A stretch of DNA of 64,000 nt from an uncultured Candidatus Saccharibacteria bacterium (GCA_963555045.1 CAUVUB010000001.1:186927-250926), one strand, 5' to 3'; counted from the stretch's first letter, positions 55,255 through 64,000 are shown. Made by a program: numbers and translations. The notes: generated by a model not told the origin, from the letters alone.

Positions 55255-55401
55255 CTAGCGGGGACGCACCACCATAAAGGTGAGAGCGACAAGCGCACAG
55301 CCGGCTATGATCGATATGATAGCGGTCATGCGATTGGGGTAGTAATCTACCGTCTGTACGTTGTCGTGTGCTGCAGCTTCAATTGATTTCTTGGCTGTCA
55401 T
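55255..55401 (-). CDS. Small tail-anchored membrane protein, 48 aa; leaderless configuration
   Basis: Manual translation gives MTAKKSIEAAAHDNVQTVDYYPNRMTAIISIIAGCALVALTFMVVRPR. TATACT (55408-55413) lies 6 nt before the ATG. Below the ORF-track cutoff. Confidence 0.45.
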   Translation of the reverse strand: MTAKKSIEAAAHDNVQTVDYYPNRMTAIISIIAGCALVALTFMVVRPR

Positions 55402-55469
55402 GTAGCAAGTATATACCCATGTTTATAAAAAGAAAACCCCCAAGATATAAGGGGTATATTGTGCAAATT

Positions 55470-55544
55470 TGGCAGGGGCATGAGGAATCGAACCTCAATC
55501 TACGGTTTTGGAGACCGCTATACTAGCCGTTGTACTATGCCCCT
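55470..55544 (-). tRNA. tRNA-Trp (anticodon CCA), CCA encoded
   Basis: Manual cloverleaf: acceptor AGGGGCA/TGCCCCT, anticodon loop CTCCAAA, T-loop TTCGATT. Confidence 0.9.
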
Positions 55545-55587
55545 AAAAACAGTCCAATTATAGCATGATATCAGGCGGCTGCCAAGC

Positions 55588-56535
55588 TTATTTTTCGTCG
55601 CTACGAACTCGCACTGCTCGGCGGAATTTACGCTCACTGGCAGGATCAGTAAAGCGGAACATTGGCTCGTAGGTAAACAACTTTGGCTCGCCTTCTGCCC
55701 TATTGTCATCAAACGAAGTAATAGCACCGATGAGAAACTTATTCATGAGCCACTCTCGGCCCGGCGTCATCTGGCCGCGCACGCTAATGCGGTATAAGTT
55801 ATCACCCCACTTCTCTTCCTCGACAAAGGCAATTGGCTTGGCGAGCAGTGTTGGGCCAACAGGAATAGCTTGGATAATCTTGCGGAGTTCTGCGCGCCCT
55901 CGCTCTAGGTCTGACATGAATACATCCACAGTAATCGTGTGCACGCCGCGTGGCGTAACGCGCACCGCTGATATATATTGATTGTGTACCCAAATAACCT
56001 CTCCGGTTAGACTACGGATTTTTGTTGAGCGCAGTGTGAAGCGCTCCACTACCCCTCGCACATCATTCATCGGGCGCAGTTCTATGAAATCTCCCACGTT
56101 AAACCACCCTTCGGCAATCATCAGTGTGCCTGCAGTAACATCACGCAACACCGAAGCGATAGCTTGCCCAGCAAACACGACAAAAAAGGTTCCGGCTCCG
56201 ATAGCAGCGAGACCACCACTTGGTTTATCTGTCGGTGAGATAATGCGAAATCCAATATAAATAGCAATGCCAGTCACGACTGCACGTAGCAGCGCAGTAA
56301 AGATACTCAGATAGGTTTCGATCTGGCGGTAACGAATGCGCCAGTCTTCATTGGTAGAGTTGTCTGACTTGCGGGCCACTTGCCTAGCGATAAAGATAAC
56401 GCCAGCAGCCAAGTATTTGCCGATAAAGTACGCGATGATGGCCAGGATGATAAGACTAAGGATATTTTTCAGAGAGTTGTCTTGGCCGGCAAATGTTTTA
56501 ACGTCGTTAATAATTGTTTCGAGCCATATATTCAT
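55588..56535 (-). CDS. Small-conductance mechanosensitive channel (MscS family)
   Basis: About 315 aa with three N-terminal TM helices and an MscS beta-domain pattern (GDFIELRP...GVVERFTLRSTKIRSLTGEVIWVHN). The start is the ATG at 56535. Confidence 0.8.
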   Translation of the reverse strand: MNIWLETIINDVKTFAGQDNSLKNILSLIILAIIAYFIGKYLAAGVIFIARQVARKSDNSTNEDWRIRYRQIETYLSIFTALLRAVVTGIAIYIGFRIISPTDKPSGGLAAIGAGTFFVVFAGQAIASVLRDVTAGTLMIAEGWFNVGDFIELRPMNDVRGVVERFTLRSTKIRSLTGEVIWVHNQYISAVRVTPRGVHTITVDVFMSDLERGRAELRKIIQAIPVGPTLLAKPIAFVEEEKWGDNLYRISVRGQMTPGREWLMNKFLIGAITSFDDNRAEGEPKLFTYEPMFRFTDPASERKFRRAVRVRSDEK

Positions 56536-56679
56536 GCGTGGTATTGTAACGAAAAAACAGAGGTAAGTCGAGGGTAAAACTACCAACATTTTTGACCAGA
56601 ATATATTACGGTTTTTGGCGATACCTGGCCGGGTGTGTTACACTAAGCATAAGTAGCTTTTTAGGTGGGAAAGAAGAGA

Positions 56680-58734
56680 ATGAAGATTTTAATGCTCGGG
56701 TGGGAGCTCTCGCCCTATTATAGCGGCGGCTTAGGTGTTGCCTGCTATCAAATAGCACAGGCACTTGCGCAAAGTGGAGTGGAGATTGACTATATTGTTC
56801 CGTTTGCGTATGAGCAGGAGCAGGCACCGTTTATGCGGGTAGTTTCTGCGACAAAGCTAAGCCCAACGGCTGACCGCATGGCTGAAATGAGCGGTTATGC
56901 TACGCTCAGTACCTCGCAGCAGCCAAGGATGATGCGAGAGCAAACGGCTCCTTCTCGCGCTTCCCCTAATTCAGGTCGACGGGCCGCACCAAGTGCGGCA
57001 GTTATTGAACCGCTCAGGCGCGGTGCTGCCACCAAGCTAGATACGCAGCCAAGTAGTGGTGAGCCAGTTTCACTAGCGCTATATGGAGCATATGGCTCGA
57101 TAGGTAGCTATCATTCTCGGCAGTATGGCCGTGAAAAACACCATGCTTTAGCTCAGGCGGCTTCTGGCCGAGTAGTGCACAGTGCCTACAGCCAGGTATC
57201 GCCTTCTTTGCGGCAGCTGCAGCGGCAGTATACACGCTTTGTCGCTGATTTTGCGCAGCAACACAGTCATGACGGCTATGATATTATTTATGCTCACGAC
57301 TGGCTCACTTTTGAAGCAGCGCAGGCGGCGCGCCGTTGGTTGAAAGTACCGGTGGTAGCGCATGTTCACTCGACGGAATTTGATAGGGCTGGCGGTAAAG
57401 CTGGTAATACGCTTGTGCATACGATTGAAAAAAATGGCTTGCGTGGTGCTAGCAGTATTATTGCAGTTAGCCAAAATACCAAGCAAATACTGGTGGAGCG
57501 ATATCAATTACCAGCGCAACGAATTGCAGTTATTCATAACGGCGTAGATGTACGTACGGCATTACACCAGTATACGGAGAAGAGTGTAAAACCCAGCCTA
57601 GCGTTGTCTCAAGCAGAGGTTTCTCCTGCCACTGAAGGTTCCGTATCTTCTGCTGCCTACGTGGCAAGGCCTGTAGCCTCAAAGAAGCGTATGGCTGCAC
57701 ATCGGCCAGATTATGCATTGATCGGCGCCATTACTCTTGCAGTAAGGCGGTCATTGCAGCAGCCATCACCAGAGCCAAAATATGCACCCCTAGCCCAAGA
57801 GAACAAAGAAGTAGTGCAACAAAATGAACGCAGCTCTGTGATTGCTCAGAACTATGCTATGACGCAGCGTCCGGAGCGGAGGTCTGCGGCCTTTGCTTCC
57901 CCTCAGGGGCAGCGTTCAGAAAAACCTACAATAGCCCTACCTCCTCAGACGAAGATGCCTTTGGCTGACTCGCCCGCTAAGGCGGTGGCTCGTCAGGCTC
58001 CGAAAGTAGTAGCCGTGCAGCCACGGAGGACTACTGGGAGCCACTCAAACTCTCGGCCTGCACGCTCACCTAAGCCGCCACATACCGAGCCTATATCACC
58101 CGCTCCTGTGCCACAAAAAAGGATGTATCCAGTGCTAGATTTTTATCGCAAGCAAGGTGTAACTATCATTGGTACAATGGCACGCTTCACCCCGCAAAAA
58201 GGGCTGGTGTATTTATTGGAAGCAGCTAGCGAAGTGCTGCAAAAGAATGATTCAGTATTATTTGTGCTGGCCGGCGATGGCGAGCAAAAAGAAGAACTCG
58301 TGCGGCTTGCAGCTCGGTATGGCATTGCGCATCGGGTGCTATTCCCTGGCTTCGTGCGTGGGATAGCCTGGCAAGAGCTGTACAAGCAGTTTGATATATT
58401 CGTAATGAGCTCTGTTAATGAACCATTTGGACTGACAGCATTAGAGGCCGTTCATTATAACTGCGCGACGATTATTACAAAGCAGTCTGGCGTATCTGAA
58501 GTGCTTACTGCCGCGCCACAATATGACTACTGGGATACGGGCCGATTAGCAGAGCTGCTACTAGAATATATTGCTGATCCACAGCTACGCGCAGAGGTCA
58601 TAGCGCAGCTAAAGCAGCAGTATACGTCGGCGCAATGGGGATCTGCTGCAAAGCAGTACTTGCAATTATTTGCAAATACCACCCAATCAACACCTCGATT
58701 ATCATCAGTTAGGACCGAGAGGAGCCGCGTATGA
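56680..58734 (+). CDS. Glycogen/starch-synthase-like glycosyltransferase (GT4/GT5 type) with two long low-complexity insertions
   Basis: N-terminal MKILMLGWELSPYYSGGLGVA, the HDW block and the C-terminal E..FGLTALEA motif. About 135 aa and about 200 aa of Pro/Ser/Ala/Gln-rich sequence are inserted. Confidence 0.65.
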   Translation: MKILMLGWELSPYYSGGLGVACYQIAQALAQSGVEIDYIVPFAYEQEQAPFMRVVSATKLSPTADRMAEMSGYATLSTSQQPRMMREQTAPSRASPNSGRRAAPSAAVIEPLRRGAATKLDTQPSSGEPVSLALYGAYGSIGSYHSRQYGREKHHALAQAASGRVVHSAYSQVSPSLRQLQRQYTRFVADFAQQHSHDGYDIIYAHDWLTFEAAQAARRWLKVPVVAHVHSTEFDRAGGKAGNTLVHTIEKNGLRGASSIIAVSQNTKQILVERYQLPAQRIAVIHNGVDVRTALHQYTEKSVKPSLALSQAEVSPATEGSVSSAAYVARPVASKKRMAAHRPDYALIGAITLAVRRSLQQPSPEPKYAPLAQENKEVVQQNERSSVIAQNYAMTQRPERRSAAFASPQGQRSEKPTIALPPQTKMPLADSPAKAVARQAPKVVAVQPRRTTGSHSNSRPARSPKPPHTEPISPAPVPQKRMYPVLDFYRKQGVTIIGTMARFTPQKGLVYLLEAASEVLQKNDSVLFVLAGDGEQKEELVRLAARYGIAHRVLFPGFVRGIAWQELYKQFDIFVMSSVNEPFGLTALEAVHYNCATIITKQSGVSEVLTAAPQYDYWDTGRLAELLLEYIADPQLRAEVIAQLKQQYTSAQWGSAAKQYLQLFANTTQSTPRLSSVRTERSRV

Positions 58735-59918
58735 ACCAAAAAGCGGTGAGTTTATATATTCGGCTGCATTGTCCATGGGTGCTTGGCCCGTATGGTATTG
58801 CTGATATTGGGGCTCGGCACCAGTATGTTGGTGCGGAATTGGCAAGCGGCTCTCTAGACGAGGGAAAGTCATTTTTCCTTGAGGCCGCTCAGCACGTGTA
58901 CGCTCCGCTGTTTGCTGTGCTTGACCGGGTTATTGCTGCTCAGTCAACGTTGCAGATAACGTTTAGCGTTAGCGGTCCTTTTTTGCAGCAAGCTTTACGC
59001 TGGGACCAGTCTCTTATTGATAAAATTCGGGCGTATGTTGCGTCAGGACATGCGATTATAACTGCCGAAGCCGATGCCCACTCGCTTGCCTTCTTTTATG
59101 ATCGCGCAGAATTTGTAATGCAGGTTGCTAAGCACGAGCAGCATATTACTCATTATTTCGGTACTCAGCCGCGAGTGTTTCAGGTTGCAGAACTTGCGTA
59201 TGATGATCAACTGGCTGCCTGGGCAGACGCAGCTGGGTATGGTGTTATACTAGCGGATCAATACCAGCAGGTAGATCCACGCTTTTTGCATCGACCGGCT
59301 CGCACTCAGGCGGTGCGGCTTCTCATGCGTGATCGTCAAGCGAGCCAGCAGCTAATGGCACACATCAGTGGTTCTGCTAGTGGCGTATCTGGCATGGAAT
59401 TTGCAGCCCAGTACGCAAACTCATTTAATCCGCAGCAGCAAGTATCGGGTCTTTTTATTGATGCTATTTCCCTGCAGGAAGCAGATAGTCAGCCAAATTG
59501 GCGATTTTTAGCAGAGTTTTTGGCAGCTTGGCCAAGCTATGGAAGATATATTACCCCACTCGATGCCGCTGAGCAGTTTACGCCACGTGAGGAGGTGCGA
59601 ACTGCAAAAACAAGCACATGGCTGGCAAGTGGTGACCTGCGCAGCTTGATTGGCAATGATCTGCAAAAAGAATTTTTGCATCAATTATATGATATCAAGG
59701 CGTCCGTGCAAGACAGTGGTGATACGCAGCTGCAGGAAGACTGGCGGCTTTTGCAATCAGTTGATATTGTAAAAGCAATGGATAATGCTGCATACAATTC
59801 AGCGCCACCGCATGAGGTTTTTCTGCGGGCAATGAATAGTTTGCAGGATATCGTACTACGCAGTCAACATGATACTACACAAGAGACAGAATTATCAGGG
59901 AGGTATAATGTTACTTAG
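58731..59918 (+). CDS. GH57-like glycoside hydrolase domain protein (divergent)
   Basis: The start overlaps the stop of the glycosyltransferase gene. The layout resembles GH57 (HxP-like N-terminal strand, G..I...ADAHSL, VAELAYD), but the catalytic motifs are not canonical. Confidence 0.35.
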   Translation: MNQKAVSLYIRLHCPWVLGPYGIADIGARHQYVGAELASGSLDEGKSFFLEAAQHVYAPLFAVLDRVIAAQSTLQITFSVSGPFLQQALRWDQSLIDKIRAYVASGHAIITAEADAHSLAFFYDRAEFVMQVAKHEQHITHYFGTQPRVFQVAELAYDDQLAAWADAAGYGVILADQYQQVDPRFLHRPARTQAVRLLMRDRQASQQLMAHISGSASGVSGMEFAAQYANSFNPQQQVSGLFIDAISLQEADSQPNWRFLAEFLAAWPSYGRYITPLDAAEQFTPREEVRTAKTSTWLASGDLRSLIGNDLQKEFLHQLYDIKASVQDSGDTQLQEDWRLLQSVDIVKAMDNAAYNSAPPHEVFLRAMNSLQDIVLRSQHDTTQETELSGRYNVT

Positions 59919-61644
59919 CAATAGCCAGTTGGCAGTAAAATTTGATTCACGAGGTGGCATAGAAGCACTGCACCTAATGGACCCTCGCACTTACCGGGGG
60001 CTTATAGACTGGAAAGATGAAGCGCCTGTTTCACCTTTGGCATTTGGCGTGCGCATAGATGGGGCTTTGTCGTGGTTGGATGATACTGAAAACTGGAAAT
60101 TGCAGCAGACTGTACAATACCCCTTGGCGGCTCTACGGTTAATTGCAACAAACAAAAAGATTGGTATTAGCTTGGAGGTGCACGGCACCGTGGCGCACCA
60201 GGCTGCTGCTGTATGGCAGCGCATACAAGTGGTCAATCGCTGGGATCGTCCTCGTCGAGTGCAGCTTGTACTGAGGCGTCACATTAGTTTTCGGCAACCG
60301 CAGGCATATGTGCAGGAAGAGATAATCCTGCCGCGCACCAAAGCTAAGTCTGAGCGTGCTGCTTCCGCTTTCCCACTGGCTTTGCACCTGAGCTCACACG
60401 CTGCCATAGCTGTTAGTGTGGCTGCCACGGATTCGGCGCAGCATCGCGTCAAACACAAGCAGCAGGCTAGCTATATATCGCTTGATATTCCTGCGCACAG
60501 TTCCAAGCATGTTGATGTGCTGTTTTCTGTGGGTACTACTGGCAGTAACACTCTGAAGATCCATAATCGAGTCTGGAAGCAAGGGTTTGCTCATCACTAT
60601 CAGGTTGTTGGTCAGGCTTGGTCAGAGTGGTCGGTACCAGTTGCTCGGCTATTCCGCGGTATGACTCCGCCTTTGCGTCGAATTTTCCTTGCCAATGCGA
60701 TTGCCGTGCGCTCACACTGTTTCCCTGTCGGTGTGGCTGAACAACATCCAGCGACGGGCGACTACTATTATTCTATGCGCGCTACTGCATTTGCGCTATG
60801 GCCACTGTTGCGGCTCGGTCACTATACCGAGGTAGCGGATGTATTTACGCAAATAGCCGCTACATTTACCGTGCGCGGAGGCATATCTATACAGACAAGC
60901 GACCTTTTTACCGATAGCACCCCGCTAGTTAAGCAGAGCACTAGCCGCAAAAACCATGCGTATCACGAGCCGCTCCAGCCAGATGTACTAGCGAATCTCA
61001 TATTCTTGTTTGCGCAGCTATCTAGGCAAATGCCAGCTAAACGCAGCATTCGCCCTTTGTATAAAAAATTCTTACAGCCAGCCATGCGTTCACTTGGCGA
61101 ATATTATGAGCAGTTTATGGTTGACGGCTCATCGGAGCGAAGCGATGTTCCTTCTTTGTATACACATGTTGTTTTATACGCAGCTTGTCGCGCAGCTAGC
61201 GGCGTGGCCGAGCAGCAAAAGCAGCGCGAAGACACTGTCGCCTGGGAGGCGCTTGCCGATGATATTGCGGCTACGTTAGAAATGGATCATCAACCAGTGG
61301 CACTTGCTGGTTGCGGTTTTGAGGCGGTGTATGAACAGAGTTTGATTTTTTATGCACTATTTACCTACGGTATGCTTCCGAGTGGGGATACCTACTTCAA
61401 ACAGCAAGCTACTCATATTGGAGATGCTCTCGATGAGTTATACCAGCAGTGGCGCAATCACCCAGAAGGTCGCCCGGTTGATAGCCGAGTTGCACTGATT
61501 CATGCCTGGCTTGCGCAATATTACGCCGAACAGTCGGACCGTGCACTGCTTACATGGCACTTGCAGCGACTGGTCAGGCTGCAGTTAGAAACGACATGGC
61601 AGCGAGCAGAACTCCTAAGTACCCTGCTTGACACGGTCGTCTAA
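59908..61644 (+). CDS. GH15/glucoamylase-like (alpha/alpha)6-barrel protein (divergent)
   Basis: GGAGG lies 4 nt before the ATG at 59908, which overlaps the upstream gene. The product has an N-terminal beta-sandwich-like part and a helical C-terminal part. The assignment is tentative. Confidence 0.3.
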   Translation: MLLSNSQLAVKFDSRGGIEALHLMDPRTYRGLIDWKDEAPVSPLAFGVRIDGALSWLDDTENWKLQQTVQYPLAALRLIATNKKIGISLEVHGTVAHQAAAVWQRIQVVNRWDRPRRVQLVLRRHISFRQPQAYVQEEIILPRTKAKSERAASAFPLALHLSSHAAIAVSVAATDSAQHRVKHKQQASYISLDIPAHSSKHVDVLFSVGTTGSNTLKIHNRVWKQGFAHHYQVVGQAWSEWSVPVARLFRGMTPPLRRIFLANAIAVRSHCFPVGVAEQHPATGDYYYSMRATAFALWPLLRLGHYTEVADVFTQIAATFTVRGGISIQTSDLFTDSTPLVKQSTSRKNHAYHEPLQPDVLANLIFLFAQLSRQMPAKRSIRPLYKKFLQPAMRSLGEYYEQFMVDGSSERSDVPSLYTHVVLYAACRAASGVAEQQKQREDTVAWEALADDIAATLEMDHQPVALAGCGFEAVYEQSLIFYALFTYGMLPSGDTYFKQQATHIGDALDELYQQWRNHPEGRPVDSRVALIHAWLAQYYAEQSDRALLTWHLQRLVRLQLETTWQRAELLSTLLDTVV

Positions 61645-61724
61645 CAAGTGGCTTATAGCAAGATTGGTTGCTATACCAAATCATCTATTATATAATAAGA
61701 ATACGTTTTAAGCTTTTATTTATT

Positions 61725-62450
61725 ATGTCTATGCAGTATCGTTTTCAGGATATTACCAGGAAGTTGTCACCGAAACAAATATCGGCTGAGCTAAAGCTAC
61801 AGAAAATGCTACAAGCTGCAATGTCAGAATTGGGCCTAACCTATTACGGCCAAGTTGATTATACCGATAACAGTGCAACATTAGTGCGCGGTATGGCAAC
61901 GCACCAATCTCAAAAAGATAGTCACTACTGCTTTGGCTCATATGGTGGGTATGAGGTGGTTTTTTTGCGCCGCCAGGCTACCCTGCAGGCTCCTGATGGT
62001 AGCACTCGCCAACAACAGTGGTTTATTGTGCAGGTTGATACGAAAGCGGGCTATCCACTACCTCATATTTTTTTTGCACCACATGGGCACCGCGATGTAT
62101 GGTACCACGCAGCATTAGATTTGCAGCCCGAGATGCAGCCGCTTTCACTTGGAACGTATTGGCGATACCCCGCACTGCTGAATAGTCGTTATACTGTGTA
62201 TGGGTCACCAGCTCAGCAGCAACTTATTGAATATCTTGTCAGGCCGGATATTTCTATGGTGTTAGCTCAGCATTATTACCCTTGCTGTATCGAATATGAT
62301 CGCAACCACATTATCATCAGCCACGATTACGCCAAAATCACTAAAGAGTCACTGGTGACAATGATTAAAAATGCCGTCTGGTTAGCACTGATGACAGATG
62401 CTCAATACCAGGCGGTGCGCGAAGCACAGTACACCAGTCGTGCGCAATAA
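61725..62450 (+). CDS. Hypothetical protein, 241 aa
   Basis: Clean ORF from the ATG at 61725, with TTGCTA-17-TATAAT upstream. No motif recognised. Confidence 0.5.
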   Translation: MSMQYRFQDITRKLSPKQISAELKLQKMLQAAMSELGLTYYGQVDYTDNSATLVRGMATHQSQKDSHYCFGSYGGYEVVFLRRQATLQAPDGSTRQQQWFIVQVDTKAGYPLPHIFFAPHGHRDVWYHAALDLQPEMQPLSLGTYWRYPALLNSRYTVYGSPAQQQLIEYLVRPDISMVLAQHYYPCCIEYDRNHIIISHDYAKITKESLVTMIKNAVWLALMTDAQYQAVREAQYTSRAQ

Positions 62451-62466
62451 AATGCATAAAATTCTA

Positions 62467-62495
62467 TTGACCAAATAACATATCTCCACTATAAT
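62467..62495 (+). promoter_or_regulatory. Consensus promoter for the tRNA-Thr/tRNA-Tyr pair
   Basis: TTGACC (62467-62472), 17 nt, TATAAT (62490-62495). Confidence 0.7.
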
Positions 62496-62522
62496 ACTAG
62501 CTATACCAATTGGTTTGGTTGT

Positions 62523-62599
62523 GCCGATTTAGCTCAGTTGGTTAGAGCAGCTGTTTTGTAAACAGCAGGTCCTGGGTTCGAGTCCCTGAATCGGCTCCA
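62523..62599 (+). tRNA. tRNA-Thr (anticodon UGU), CCA encoded
   Basis: Manual cloverleaf: acceptor GCCGATT/AATCGGC, anticodon stem GCTGT/ACAGC, loop TTTGTAA, T-loop TTCGAGT. Confidence 0.88.
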
Positions 62600-62612
62600 T
62601 ATTTTATTGTAT

Positions 62613-62697
62613 GCTGGAATCGTGTAGTGGCAATCACAGGAGACTGTAAATCTCCCGCCGTATGGCTTCGTAGGTTCGAGTCCTACTTCCAGCACCA
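62613..62697 (+). tRNA. tRNA-Tyr (anticodon GUA), long variable arm, CCA encoded
   Basis: Manual cloverleaf: acceptor GCTGGAA/TTCCAGC, anticodon stem GGAGA/TCTCC, loop CTGTAAA, a 15-nt variable arm. Confidence 0.88.
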
Positions 62698-62708
62698 CAG
62701 GTATTATC

Positions 62709-62734
62709 ACCCGGCAGTAATTGCCGGGTTTTTG
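62709..62734 (+). terminator. Intrinsic terminator after the tRNA pair
   Basis: Stem ACCCGGCA/TGCCGGGT (62709-62716 / 62722-62729), followed by TTTTT. Confidence 0.85.
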
Positions 62735-62763
62735 ATTGTATATCAAATTATTATATAGCATTC

Positions 62764-62800
62764 AACCAAAAGCGCCCCGGCTAATTATTAGCTAGGGCGC
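62764..62800 (-). terminator. Intrinsic terminator after the oxidoreductase gene
   Basis: A long hairpin with GCGCCC/GGGCGC plus GCTAAT/ATTAGC (62772-62800). On the minus strand it is followed by TTTTGG. Confidence 0.75.
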
Positions 62801-62826
62801 AAACGGCATGCAAAGGAGACTACCTC

Positions 62827-64000
62827 CTATATTGCAAATAAATCATTTAGTGATTCGCTTACCGTTGGGTGTGTAAAGATTTGATCGCGTAGCACGGTGT
62901 ATGGCAGCTGATTATCCACGGCAGTTTTTATAATATTAATGACCTCGTGTGCATTTTGGCAAAGTAGCGCAGCACCTAGGATCTCCTGGGTGTCGGTGTC
63001 TACGATAGCGCGAAGAAGCCCAGTTAGCTTGCCATCAACATGGAGCCGTGGAATTGCTGCGGCTGGCATCTCTTTAACCGCTATTTGGCGCCCAGTTTGT
63101 CGCGCTTCAGCCTCTGTCATACCAATGCGGGCGTATGGAGTCTGCATAAAGACTACGGTGACGAGTGGCGATCTTTGCGCTCGTGTATAGCTACCATCTC
63201 CTAATAGCTGGCTACGAAGAATACGAAAATCATCGAGCGATAAGTAAGTAAATTGTGGAGCACCGGTAACATCGCCCATCGCATAAATACCAGGTGCTGA
63301 GGTTTCTAGCTTGTCGTTTACGATAATAGCACCTGTTTCAGACATGTCCACGCCAGCTGCCGCAAGATTTAGCCCATCGGTAAATGGACGTCGGCCAGTA
63401 GCTACAAGAACGGCGTCAAACTCTGTTGTTTCTGCATGGTTAGTAACGGCAACCCCGGTGTCTGTATCGCTAACTTGAGTAATGTTAGCATTATGAACGA
63501 TTGTAATGCCTTGGTCGACGAGAGTTGACTCGATAGCTGCAGCCACAGAAGGGTCCTCACTCGCCGCGAGCTTGTCGCTGCGATTAAAGACTGTTACCTT
63601 GGTGCCAAGCTGTGCAAAGGTAGAGGCAAACTCAAGCCCGATAAAGCCACCTCCAATAACGGCAAGCTGTTTTGGCTGCTGCTGAGCAAGTAGCATCTCG
63701 GTGCTTGTGAATGCGCGGGTGCTAGATTCCAGACCTGGAATGGCTGGGATCACCGGAGTTGCTCCGGTGTTGATGAATATTTGGTCGCTTGTTAGGAGAA
63801 GTGTTTCATCACCAGCAGTAACGCGCACCGTACGGCTATCTTCAAATGAAGCCATACCGTCAATAACAGTGACTCCAGGATTGTCTGCCAGCATGTGGTA
63901 GTTCTTAGTGTTTAATCGGCCGACGACTTCGCCTCGCCTTTGCATTGCGTCATCAAAAGAAAGCCCCTGCGCCGCGCTGCTCGCTAACGTTTTTGTCGGG
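62827..64000 (-). CDS. FAD-dependent pyridine nucleotide-disulfide oxidoreductase (class I, lipoamide-dehydrogenase/mercuric-reductase-like); N-terminus lies beyond the window
   Basis: The frame stays open to nt 63999, where PTKTL is the end of the redox-active CxxxxC-IPTKTL region. An NAD-binding GGGFIGLE block and a C-terminal dimerisation domain (HPTVSE) are present. Confidence 0.85.
   Translation of the reverse strand, partial: PTKTLASSAAQGLSFDDAMQRRGEVVGRLNTKNYHMLADNPGVTVIDGMASFEDSRTVRVTAGDETLLLTSDQIFINTGATPVIPAIPGLESSTRAFTSTEMLLAQQQPKQLAVIGGGFIGLEFASTFAQLGTKVTVFNRSDKLAASEDPSVAAAIESTLVDQGITIVHNANITQVSDTDTGVAVTNHAETTEFDAVLVATGRRPFTDGLNLAAAGVDMSETGAIIVNDKLETSAPGIYAMGDVTGAPQFTYLSLDDFRILRSQLLGDGSYTRAQRSPLVTVVFMQTPYARIGMTEAEARQTGRQIAVKEMPAAAIPRLHVDGKLTGLLRAIVDTDTQEILGAALLCQNAHEVINIIKTAVDNQLPYTVLRDQIFTHPTVSESLNDLFAI

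Noticed and set aside
62534-62761. A 75-aa minus-strand ORF
   Set aside because: It overlaps tRNA-Thr and tRNA-Tyr on the opposite strand and is a translation artefact of the tRNA sequence.

Overview
The window is a compact, gene-dense bacterial chromosome segment read with the standard genetic code. From memory only, the gene style resembles a small-genome Patescibacteria or Saccharibacteria-like organism, and I cannot verify that here.

Core content:
- The 3' part of the ATP synthase operon (atpA partial, atpG, atpD, atpC) and a Dus-family tRNA-dihydrouridine synthase.
- A UvrD/PcrA-type helicase fused to a RecB-like nuclease, and an RlmD/RumA-type rRNA methyltransferase.
- greA next to an OmpR-type two-component pair, and an ABC-2 exporter pair.
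- tgt, an AI-2E family transporter, cysS, a DHH/NrnA-like phosphoesterase, recR, ybaB, a GT39-like membrane glycosyltransferase, dnaB and dnaX.
- A split secE-nusG-rplK / rplA / rplJ-rplL ribosomal cluster. Between the parts lie an RsmB/F-like methyltransferase, eno, and a gene fusing a 2-hydroxyacid dehydrogenase to a phosphoglycerate mutase.
- A PadR plus PspC-domain membrane protein module, an MscS channel, and an alpha-glucan-type cluster (glycosyltransferase, GH57-like, GH15-like).
- Four tRNAs (Gln-CUG, Trp-CCA, Thr-UGU, Tyr-GUA) and a partial FAD-dependent disulfide oxidoreductase.

Two accessory stretches stand out:
- About 5.1-11.7 kb is packed with small membrane proteins. It also holds consensus promoters, long 5' leaders, a 110-nt direct repeat pair, and two promoter-to-terminator units with no convincing ORF (candidate ncRNAs).
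- About 17.1-23.8 kb, next to tRNA-Gln, carries seven proteins with no motif I can recognise, one of them apparently frameshifted.

Genome-wide patterns visible in the sequence:
- Many transcription-unit-first genes look leaderless, with a -10 box 6-8 nt before the ATG and no Shine-Dalgarno (SD) sequence.
- An extended -10 motif, TGGTATAnT, recurs.
- Intrinsic terminators often have a long, nested loop.

I found no rRNA, CRISPR array, integrase or transposase. I could not assign a function to either accessory stretch, so no novel system is established from the sequence alone. All functional calls come from motif recognition by eye; no database search was run.
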